13,978 bases of DNA. It comes from Stecheria intestinalis. GTDB lineage: Bacteria; Bacillota_I; Bacilli_A; Erysipelotrichales; Erysipelotrichaceae. The stretch spans positions 26,819-40,796 of the forward strand of contig NZ_VUMN01000027.1 of assembly GCF_009696165.1 (NCBI RefSeq). Direction: 5' to 3'. Position numbers and translations under genes: made by a program. The notes under the pieces were generated by a model, which was not told the origin of the DNA, made no database searches, and was given only the letters and a program-made list of their open reading frames with translations. This document shows, one piece after another, positions 7,013 to 13,978 of this stretch (positions are counted from its first letter, which is position 1; each line of letters opens with the position of its first letter).

Positions 7013-7162
7013 GATTTTAATGCATGATCTTCCTCAGAAACAGATTCTATGCAATTTATTTTCCTGCTCAGCACCAGAGAAAAAAATCCTTCCTCTTCCC
7101 GCATGAATCATCTCTAGGTAATAGAATATAAGAAAGCGCTTAAGCTTCAGAAAGAAGATTCT

Positions 7163-8335
7163 ATGAAAAAAGAGACAATCCAGTGTTTTCTGATGGATGG
7201 CCTGTTCTGGGCAATCATGGCCATCTTCTACGGATATTTAACGTATTACCTGAGATCGATCGGGTATTCCAGTGCCCAGATCGGCATCATGACCGCAATC
7301 GGAAGCATCCTTTCTGCTCTGACGCAGAACGTTCTCGGAACTCTGAATGACAAAGGCGGCTGGTGGAACTGGAAGCGGATCTTCTGTCTCATGCTGGGAC
7401 TTACTATCCTCTTGCTCGTATGTCTGACGATCATCCATCAGCCAGTGATTGCAGGGACGATATTCATCCTGGCAATGATTTCCGGAAACGGCATGATGCC
7501 ATTCACAGTCATCATCTGCTTCGAATACTATAACAGCGGCTTCCCGGTCGATTATGGAAAAGCCAGAGCTGGCGGATCTTTGTTCTATGCCATTGCAGTC
7601 TATCTGATCGGCGTTCTGACCGAGAAAGCTGGCCCGCTCATGGTGCCGGTTTCCGGAATCATTCTCTGCATTGCCGAAGGAGTGGTACTGATGACGATGA
7701 AAGCATCTGGGCAGCAGAGAACCTCAGAAAAAGCAGAAAAGAGAGTCGGAGTGAATGAGATTCGCAGGCGGTATCCGGCATTCTTTCTGATGACGATTGG
7801 CCTAGTTCTGCTGTTTGCATTCCACAATGGAACCAATACCTATCTCCTGCCGATTCTGGAACGGGTCGGCGGAGATACCCGGTCACTCGGTACTGCTTTT
7901 GCAATCTCGGCAATCACGGAAGTTCCGGTGGAAATATTCATCGAAAAAATCCTGAAGAAGATTTCTGCAGATAAGCTGCTGCTGATTTCAGGCTTCGGAT
8001 TCTTCTTCAAGGGAATCATGTATCTAGCAGCAGGAAGTGTCGCTGTCATCTATCTTTCCCAGCTGCTTGAAATCGTCTCCTATGCATTCTATTCCGGTGC
8101 AGCGCCATATTATGCCAATGAACGGATTGCCCCAGGATATCTTTCCGGTGCTCAGGCAATGATGACTTCCTGCACCATGATCGGGGCTGTGCTTGGCAAT
8201 CTGACATCGGGATGGATCTATGAAGGCCTTGGCCTTTCCAGCATGATTCTGCTCTGCATCGGATACGCAGCAGCAGGAACACTGATCATCAGCAGCTCTC
8301 TGAACTTGGAACGCAAAAAGGGAGCAGCTTCCTGA
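7163..8335 (+). CDS. Major facilitator superfamily (MFS) transporter.
   Basis: 390 aa with about 12 hydrophobic helices split into two halves by a charged loop (KASGQQRTSEKAEKRVGVNEIRRRY). Start MKKETIQ is preceded by an AGAAAGAAG RBS. Confidence 0.8.
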   Translation: MKKETIQCFLMDGLFWAIMAIFYGYLTYYLRSIGYSSAQIGIMTAIGSILSALTQNVLGTLNDKGGWWNWKRIFCLMLGLTILLLVCLTIIHQPVIAGTIFILAMISGNGMMPFTVIICFEYYNSGFPVDYGKARAGGSLFYAIAVYLIGVLTEKAGPLMVPVSGIILCIAEGVVLMTMKASGQQRTSEKAEKRVGVNEIRRRYPAFFLMTIGLVLLFAFHNGTNTYLLPILERVGGDTRSLGTAFAISAITEVPVEIFIEKILKKISADKLLLISGFGFFFKGIMYLAAGSVAVIYLSQLLEIVSYAFYSGAAPYYANERIAPGYLSGAQAMMTSCTMIGAVLGNLTSGWIYEGLGLSSMILLCIGYAAAGTLIISSSLNLERKKGAAS

Positions 8336-8362
8336 ATCGCTGCTTCCTCGCTTCCCATCACA

Positions 8363-8842
8363 TCAATGAGTTTTCTTTCTGCTGCGCAGATTCAGAACCA
8401 GATTGACCGCCAAGGTAATGATTCCAGCGAAAATCAGCAGCCAGCCGATTCCGATCATCCAGAAATTCTCATGCAGGATGCCAGCTTCATCCACATATTC
8501 CACGCTAGCACCTTTAATCAGGAACAGCAGTACTCCGGCAATCACAAGTATTGCTCCCGACAAAGAAGCTGCCATATTTCTTTTTGCACGTTTTCCCTCG
8601 CTGCCGTCATCAATCAGTTTTTCTGCCATGTCATTCATCGTTTCTTCTCCTCCGAATATGAGCCGGTCCAGGGAGACCTGAAAGGTCCTAGAGATTTCCA
8701 TCAGCATCTCAATATCAGGAAGATTCTTTCCGTTCTCCCAGTTGGAGATTGCCTGACGAGTCACATGCAGCCGGGCAGCCATCTCTTCCTGAGTCAGATG
8801 ATTTTCTTTTCTGATTTCTCTGATCTGTTCTGAAAATTCCAT
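8363..8842 (-). CDS. XRE-family HTH transcriptional regulator with a C-terminal two-helix membrane anchor.
   Basis: N-terminal LTQEEMAARLHVTRQAISNWENGKNLP is a classic Cro/C1-type HTH. The C-terminus has two predicted transmembrane helices (ILVIAGVLLFLI and IGIGWLLIFAGIITLAV). RBS GGAGAAAAGG. Confidence 0.85.
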   Translation of the reverse strand: MEFSEQIREIRKENHLTQEEMAARLHVTRQAISNWENGKNLPDIEMLMEISRTFQVSLDRLIFGGEETMNDMAEKLIDDGSEGKRAKRNMAASLSGAILVIAGVLLFLIKGASVEYVDEAGILHENFWMIGIGWLLIFAGIITLAVNLVLNLRSRKKTH

Positions 8843-8903
8843 GCCTTTTCTCCTTCCGGCTCTTACGGTTTACTCGACACAGTCAGGCTCTTCAAGAAAG
8901 CCG

Positions 8904-8945
8904 TGCTTGCAGTGAGAATTATGCCACGCAAGCAGTGCTTTACAA
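8904..8945 (-). promoter_or_regulatory. Candidate sigma-A promoter of the XRE regulator, with an overlapping dyad that may be an operator.
   Basis: On the minus strand, -35 TTGTAA (8945-8940), a 16-nt spacer, and TGG+CATAAT extended -10 (8926-8918). The dyad TGCTTGC (8904-8910) / GCAAGCA (8928-8934) spans the -10. Confidence 0.3.
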
Positions 8946-9057
8946 GCATGGAATCAGGCCATTCAATGATCTGATTTTGAGATGAAAGCAGGCTGATTTC
9001 TGCTCTTTCTGCCGTATTGTGAGAAACGTGATGCTACCCTCTCCTCAGGTGTGATCC

Positions 9058-10533
9058 CTAATTATCCGCTCTGGAATAGTTGTTCTTCATATCCATCGTA
9101 CGGATCCGGAGGACTTTCGCAAGCACATCATCAGCTTCTTTCTGCACTGCCTTAGCGATTTCCTCATTGGCCTGCTCACGCGTATGAGCAGGTTTTTCAG
9201 ATCCGAACTCTGCATCAAAGGTATGAATCAGTGCACGAGTTCTCGCATCTGTCTTCCCCTGATAGCGTTCAATCTCCTGCACCGATCCCGCAAAAGAAGC
9301 ATCTGCCAGCGCAGCAATCAGACGGCTTGTCCAGTGGAAGTTATCAGTCGACACCCGGTCATCTGCTCTGCCGACATACTTCGGAACTGCATCGACATTG
9401 GCATACAGCGGAATCATGACATTGAACACATTCGAGGCATAGCATACCCACTCTAATGCCCGGTAAGACTCCGGGAGATAAGGACGGATCTGAATCAGGG
9501 ACATGAAGTCCGTACGTGAGATTCCGATGGAGCGATACTTTCCCCTCTGCTCCGGATCACCATAGCTTCCATACGGATCATAAGGAGTTCCCTGATAGTG
9601 TGAAGACAGAAGATACTTCACATCCTCCGGTGTCACCTTGTTCTCCGGAATCACAGCAAATGGAATATCATCGGACTCCGGCGTGAACTGCGCATTCTCA
9701 CCATCCCAGCGGTACGTATGCGGGCAGAGGTATCTCCCCATAAACCACGCCCGCGGGGTATTGTAAACATGATCCGCGTCTGAATGACTTCCGAAAGCCT
9801 TTCTGGGATTCAGTACGCCATCTCGGGAAAGATCCAGGAAATTATCCGTAATGAATTCCTTCAGATCCCGGGAGCACAGGAAATTCTTTCCCTCACCCAG
9901 CGCATCATCCAGATCGAACGTATCCGTGCCGAACTGATTCGGCATGATAATCACCTTATCATCCGGAACCCTCGAAGCAATCCAATGATGACCGCCGATG
10001 GTCTCCATATACCAAGCCTCATCCGCATCATTGAAACTGATGCCATTCGGCTCATAGGTACCATACTGCTCCAGAAGATTTCCAAGACGAAGCACACCCT
10101 CCCGGGCAGAATGAATATACGGCAGCACCAGCATCACGATATCTTCTTCGCCGATACCACCTGGAGTTTCTTTCTGATTCCCCTTGGCAGGCTGATAGAC
10201 CACATAAGGATCTGCACCGAGAACACGCGGATTGCTGGTGATCGTCTCCGTTGCAGTGATTCCTACATTCGCTGCATTCACGCCGCTTGCTGCCCAGAGG
10301 CCTTCTTTCTTCAGAGACTCTTTTGATGCATTCGGCATTGCCGTGATGCGAAGCGCTTCTTCCGGAAGCGGAATCGAAACCTTCGAAATAACAGAATGAT
10401 AGACCTGAGGCAGGTCCTTTGGTTCAAAGATCTTCAGATGCTTCAGCGTATAGCCTCCGTCATCATTACGTGCAATCATTGTTGAACCATCATAGCTCGC
10501 GTCTTTACCAACCAGAATTGTAGTACATGACAT
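9058..10533 (-). CDS. Peptidase family C69 dipeptidase (PepD/dipeptidase A-like, Cys-Ntn hydrolase).
   Basis: N-terminus MSCTTILVGKDASYDGS with the nucleophile Cys right after the initiator Met. RBS GGGAGGT lies 10 nt upstream of ATG 10533. The ORF-track start at 10560 is a TTG upstream of that RBS. Confidence 0.9.
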   Translation of the reverse strand: MSCTTILVGKDASYDGSTMIARNDDGGYTLKHLKIFEPKDLPQVYHSVISKVSIPLPEEALRITAMPNASKESLKKEGLWAASGVNAANVGITATETITSNPRVLGADPYVVYQPAKGNQKETPGGIGEEDIVMLVLPYIHSAREGVLRLGNLLEQYGTYEPNGISFNDADEAWYMETIGGHHWIASRVPDDKVIIMPNQFGTDTFDLDDALGEGKNFLCSRDLKEFITDNFLDLSRDGVLNPRKAFGSHSDADHVYNTPRAWFMGRYLCPHTYRWDGENAQFTPESDDIPFAVIPENKVTPEDVKYLLSSHYQGTPYDPYGSYGDPEQRGKYRSIGISRTDFMSLIQIRPYLPESYRALEWVCYASNVFNVMIPLYANVDAVPKYVGRADDRVSTDNFHWTSRLIAALADASFAGSVQEIERYQGKTDARTRALIHTFDAEFGSEKPAHTREQANEEIAKAVQKEADDVLAKVLRIRTMDMKNNYSRADN

Positions 10534-10641
10534 AATCTTATCTACCTCCCTATTCCTCAACCATCATACTCCCATTCCGTGCTGAACCGTGGTTTCTGAA
10601 CTCTGAGCGTTAAACCGATCTGAATATAAGCCATAGTAAAT

Positions 10642-10680
10642 AAAAAAGGCTTGAAACCAAACGATTCTAAGCCTCTTTTT
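10642..10680 (-). terminator. Terminator downstream of ssrA.
   Basis: Stem GGCTT(10648-10652)/AAGCC(10669-10673), extendable with a bulge, flanked by AAAAAA (10642-10647, giving a U-tract on the minus strand) and TTTTT (10676-10680). Confidence 0.45.
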
Positions 10681-10686
10681 CGTTAG

Positions 10687-11043
10687 TGGAGCTGACGGGA
10701 GTCGAACCCGTGTCCAAGAATAGTCCCACATTCAGGAATCTACAGTTTATTGCACTGTAAGATAAGACAGCAGACAGAACAGTACACGAATCATCTGCTG
10801 AATCTGCCTGTAAATTGTCGGGATCCCCCTACAGGCATCAGGATCACCTTATCCGTTTTGATTACACAATCCGGGCAGAACGGCTAATACACGGATCGGG
10901 CGCTGCAGACGCGTCTAGCGTCAATTAAGCAGCGAAAGCAAAGCTTGTGCTATTGTTATTAGCGTTTAAATTTAGTAGTGATTAGGTCACCGCTCCACTG
11001 CATCCTGAATCAGACATAAACCTGTCGAAACCATGACAGCCCC
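10687..11043 (-). ncRNA. ssrA: tmRNA (SsrA), about 357 nt.
   Basis: The minus-strand 5' end is GGGGCTGTCATGGTTTCGACAGG..., matching the tmRNA 5' consensus. The 3' end is ...GGACACGGGTTCGACTCCCGTCAGCTCCA, giving a T-arm and an acceptor stem that pairs with the 5' GGGGCTG. The internal tag ORF is GCT AAT AAC AAT AGC ACA AGC TTT GCT TTC GCT GCT TAA. smpB lies immediately upstream. Confidence 0.85.
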
Positions 11044-11051
11044 ATGTAAGA

Positions 11052-11103
11052 AACGCATCCTAAGATGCGTTATCTTTATAGCATCTGCATCTTGATTTTG
11101 CAA
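11052..11103 (-). promoter_or_regulatory. Candidate ssrA promoter plus a precursor-leader hairpin.
   Basis: On the minus strand, -35 TTGCAA (11103-11098), a 17-nt spacer, and -10 TATAAA (11080-11075). A perfect 8-bp hairpin AACGCATC-ctaa-GATGCGTT (11052-11071) lies between the -10 and the mature GGGG 5' end. Confidence 0.3.
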
Positions 11104-11111
11104 GAAGCGGA

Positions 11112-11578
11112 CTAGCGATGAAACTTCAGAGCCTTTTCCATTTCCCGTTTTGCATCGCGAAGCTTCTGGTTCTGGCGCTTATCATAGAGATTCTTGCCCT
11201 TTGCTAGGGCAATCTCCATCTTTGCGCGGCCATTCTTCAGGTACATACGTACCGGCACTAACGTATAGCCCTTCAGACGCACCTTGTCATAAAGCTTGCG
11301 GATCTCATACTTATGCAGCAGCAGCTTCCGGTCTCGCTCTTCGTCAACATTGAAGATGCTGCCATACGTGTATGCAGAAATATGCATGCCCTTGATCCAT
11401 GCTTCACCTTTATAGATTGAGATATATGCATCCTTGAACTGCACATGTCCTGCCCGTACGGATTTGATTTCCGTTCCAGTCAGTTCAATGCCGGTTTCAT
11501 AGGTCTCTTCGAGAAAATAATCATGTCTTGCTCTGCGATTGACCGCTACATTTTTCTCACCGGTATTTTTTTCTGCCA
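11112..11578 (-). CDS. smpB: SsrA-binding protein SmpB.
   Basis: MAEKNTGEKNVAVNRRARHDYFLEETYETGIELTGTEIKSVRAG...LVPVRMYLKNGRAKMEIALAKGKNLYDKR is collinear with Bacillus subtilis SmpB and is about 155 aa. ATG 11578 has an AGAAGGAAA RBS. The ORF-track start at 11651 is too long for the family. The start overlaps the rnr 3' end by about 22 nt. Confidence 0.9.
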
Positions 11579-13836
11579 TTCTGTTTCCTTCTCGCATCTC
11601 TGCCATAGCGGAAATGCTTGCCATAATCGTAAGAGGAATAAGGTTCCTCAACCTGTTCTGACTTCCGTGCCGCTCTGGACCTGGCAGTGTATTTCTTGCC
11701 GGCAGAAACCGGAGCAGGCTTTCTGACAGCCTTCATATTCTGCAAGCCGAAGTCTACGGTCTTCGCATCTTTAGAAGCACCAAGCACCTTGATCTTGACC
11801 GTCTGGCCTACCCGATATTCGGCTCGTGTACGCTCACCGCGCAGACACATCTTTTTCTCGTCAAAGTGATAGAAGTCATCAGACATCGTATTCACGCGGA
11901 CCATGCCTTCCACGGTATTCGGAAGCTGCACAAAGAAGCCGAAATTGGTCACCGTCGTGATGATACCCTCGGCAGTCTCGCCGATATGATCCATCATGTA
12001 CTCTGCTTTCTTCATATCGTCGCAGTCGAATTCTGCATTCTGGCTTGCCCGTTCCCGTTCGCTGGAACTCTCGGAATAGGCCTGCATCTTCTTCTGATCT
12101 GCTGAAGGATTTCCCTGGAAATGTTCATAGTCATACTTCCGCAGCATGCGGTGCACGATCAGATCCGGATAACGGCGGATCGGAGAAGTGAAATGCAGAT
12201 ACTCCGGTTCTGCCAATCCGAAATGTCCTGCACACACACTGTCATACCTAGCTTTCGCCATCGTTCTCAGCAACTGCTGGGAAAGAACCGGATATTCCTC
12301 CGAATCTTTGCAGCCGAGAAGATACTGCTGAACACTCTTCGGGCTCAGATCCTTAGAAGAGAACGGAACGCCAAGCAGGTACGAAAGCTTCATGAAATCC
12401 TGAAGTTTCTTTTTCTGAGGTTCCTCATGAATCCGGTACACGCATGGAAATTCATGTTTATGCATGAAGTCAGCAACACAGACATTTGCCGCAATCATGC
12501 AGTCTTCGATCATCTCTTCGGCATGACCATGATGCTTCGGGCGGATCTCATACGGATGTCCCTTTTCATCGCAGAGAATCTCGGATTCCGTCGTATCGAA
12601 ATCAATCGCACCCTTCTGCTTCCGGTGAGCACGGATCGCATCTGCACACGCTGCCAGAGTCTCAAAGAGATTTCCAAGATGTTCATACTGTGCTTTTCTC
12701 TCTGCATTTCCTTGCAGGATTTCATTGACATGATCATAAGTCATCCGCTCAGCAGACCGCATGAAGGATGGATAGAGCTTATAGGATGCAATAGAGCCAT
12801 CTTTCCTGACCTGCATCTCACAGGTGTTGGTAAGTCTAACCACATGCGGATTCAGGCTGCAGATGCCATTGCTCAGAATATGCGGCAGCATCGGCACGAC
12901 CCGATCCGTCACATAAGTAGAACAGCCTCTCTTCTCGGCTTCCTGATCCAGCGGGCTTCCTTCTGTCACATAGTGCGAAACATCTGCGATGCTGACTTTC
13001 AGCAGCCAGCCATTCTCATTCTCCTGAACTCCCACTGCATCATCGAAGTCCTTGGAATCATTGCCATCGATGGTGACGATGGTATCTTCTGTCAGATTGA
13101 CTCTTCCTTCCATTTCAGAAGGCTGAACTTCCTGAGGAATTGCTTCTGCCTGCTTCATCGCATCTTCCGGAAATTCCATGACGATGTCATAGTCCAGAAG
13201 AACCGAAAGGATATCTACCCCCGGATCGTCTTTATTGCCCAGAGTCTTCACCACTTCCAGATGAAGCGGTGAACCGTATTTCACCACCTGCATCATGACT
13301 TTCAGGCCAGGAATCGGGCGAAAGTCAGAAGGAGCAGTGATATCCATTCTGACACTCTGCAGATGAATATCATCTGGCAGGAAACGAAGTCCGTAAACCG
13401 TATCCACATAGGTCCCGATCACATGCGTATGCGCACGCTTCAGAACCTTGATTACAGTTCCGGTATAGCTGACTTCTCCGGTTTCCGGATTCAGATCCGG
13501 AATCGGCTTTGTCAGAACCGTATCGCCGTTCAGTGCATCTTTCTGATCCGGAACACGGATCAGAATGGATGGCTGATCCGGCCGGTCCACAAACCCCGTG
13601 CCGCGCTTGTTGATCTTGAGAATGCCCTTTACATAGCCAGCCTGTTCCAGCGTCTTGTAACGATTATTTGAAGTCCGGATCAGATCATCGTCTTCTTCCA
13701 TCTGATCCAGAGTCTTTCCGAGTTCCACAATCTCTGCTGATGCTGTCAGCTTCAGGCCATTCTTCAGTCTTTCCCGATCCAGACCGCCCTTGGCAGATTC
13801 CAGCAGTTCAAGTATCTGTTTCTTCAGTTCTTCCAT
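11557..13836 (-). CDS. rnr: Ribonuclease R (RNB-family 3'-5' exoribonuclease).
   Basis: 759 aa with an N-terminal HTH/cold-shock region, a central RNB domain, a C-terminal S1 domain, and the characteristic Lys/Arg-rich tail (KKYTARSRAARKSE...RRKQNGRKKYR). RBS GGAGTG lies before ATG 13836. It occupies the conserved position upstream of smpB-ssrA. Confidence 0.9.
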   Translation of the reverse strand: MEELKKQILELLESAKGGLDRERLKNGLKLTASAEIVELGKTLDQMEEDDDLIRTSNNRYKTLEQAGYVKGILKINKRGTGFVDRPDQPSILIRVPDQKDALNGDTVLTKPIPDLNPETGEVSYTGTVIKVLKRAHTHVIGTYVDTVYGLRFLPDDIHLQSVRMDITAPSDFRPIPGLKVMMQVVKYGSPLHLEVVKTLGNKDDPGVDILSVLLDYDIVMEFPEDAMKQAEAIPQEVQPSEMEGRVNLTEDTIVTIDGNDSKDFDDAVGVQENENGWLLKVSIADVSHYVTEGSPLDQEAEKRGCSTYVTDRVVPMLPHILSNGICSLNPHVVRLTNTCEMQVRKDGSIASYKLYPSFMRSAERMTYDHVNEILQGNAERKAQYEHLGNLFETLAACADAIRAHRKQKGAIDFDTTESEILCDEKGHPYEIRPKHHGHAEEMIEDCMIAANVCVADFMHKHEFPCVYRIHEEPQKKKLQDFMKLSYLLGVPFSSKDLSPKSVQQYLLGCKDSEEYPVLSQQLLRTMAKARYDSVCAGHFGLAEPEYLHFTSPIRRYPDLIVHRMLRKYDYEHFQGNPSADQKKMQAYSESSSERERASQNAEFDCDDMKKAEYMMDHIGETAEGIITTVTNFGFFVQLPNTVEGMVRVNTMSDDFYHFDEKKMCLRGERTRAEYRVGQTVKIKVLGASKDAKTVDFGLQNMKAVRKPAPVSAGKKYTARSRAARKSEQVEEPYSSYDYGKHFRYGRDARRKQNGRKKYR

Positions 13837-13864
13837 CTTTCACTCCTGCAGAATCGAGTAGGAG

Positions 13865-13892
13865 GATGAGAGCGTGAGCTCTCATCTTTTTT
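13865..13892 (+). terminator. Strong hairpin plus T6 oriented on the plus strand, 30 nt upstream of the rnr start codon.
   Basis: A 9-bp perfect stem GATGAGAGC/GCTCTCATC (13865-13873 and 13878-13886) with a GTGA tetraloop, followed by TTTTTT (13887-13892). On the minus strand it is preceded by A6 and followed by CCTCC, so it is terminator-shaped only in the plus direction. Confidence 0.4.
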
Positions 13893-13978
13893 CCTCTCAC
13901 ACCACCGGAGAAGCCGTTCGGCGTCCGGCGGTTCGAAGCACCAACAAATTACATCACTGTTACATGTACCAAGGTAAA

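Noticed and set aside
7041-7165. 9-bp direct repeat AGATTCTATG at 7043-7052 and 7155-7164, the second copy overlapping the MFS start codon.
   Set aside because: A single short repeat in an AT-rich intergenic region, with no inverted partner or periodicity. It is most likely chance.
8321-8362. Weak hairpin AGCAGC-N10-GCTGCT between the convergent MFS and XRE genes.
   Set aside because: It has a 6-bp stem, a large loop, and no U-tract on either side. Evidence for a terminator is insufficient.
8366-8833. 155-aa plus-strand ORF opposite the XRE regulator.
   Set aside because: It is a shadow ORF of the HTH regulator. It lacks an RBS and any motif.
9784-10326. 180-aa plus-strand ORF inside the C69 dipeptidase gene.
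   Set aside because: It is antisense to a confidently identified gene, has no RBS, and its composition is an Ile/Arg-rich shadow-ORF pattern.
12121-13272. 383-aa plus-strand ORF antisense to rnr.
   Set aside because: Its translation is R/C/H/F-rich low-complexity sequence with no recognisable motif. It lies fully inside the well-supported RNase R gene on the other strand, and long antisense ORFs are common opposite RNB-domain genes.
13925-13950. tRNA-like GGTTCGAA T-loop motif near the window end.
   Set aside because: Flanking bases do not form a complementary T-stem on either strand. No acceptor or anticodon arms can be built.
1-13978. CRISPR arrays, IS elements, integrases or other mobile-element signatures.
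   Set aside because: Reading both strands found no regularly spaced direct repeats, no transposase or integrase-like ORFs, and no terminal inverted repeats.

Overview
This 14 kb window looks like a low-GC Gram-positive (Bacillota-type) chromosome: it has AGGAGG-type RBSs, the rnr-smpB-ssrA gene order, and a tmRNA tag ending in FAFAA. Protein identifications come from reading motifs by eye, not from database searches. The coding density is high and there are no CRISPR arrays or obvious mobile elements.

Left to right, the window contains:
- A partial DUF308/HdeD-like membrane protein on the minus strand.
- A two-gene plus-strand operon: a D-isomer-specific 2-hydroxyacid dehydrogenase followed by a PfkB-family sugar kinase.
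- A small AT-rich islet carrying a GNAT acetyltransferase, bracketed by hairpins.
- A minus-strand block with a class II aldolase, an AlaX-L-type tRNA-editing protein, and a degraded lipase-like (DUF2974) pseudogene with an in-frame TGA.
- A Family-1 encapsulin nanocompartment pair on the minus strand: a ferritin-like EncFtn cargo carrying a C-terminal TVGS(M)K targeting motif, followed by the encapsulin shell protein (HK97 fold). It has its own intrinsic terminator.
- An MFS transporter (+), a membrane-anchored XRE/HTH regulator (-), and a C69 (Cys-Ntn) dipeptidase (-).
- The housekeeping trans-translation cluster: tmRNA (ssrA), smpB and RNase R (rnr), all on the minus strand.

The encapsulin-EncFtn locus is the most notable system here. 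It is a known system type rather than a novel one.
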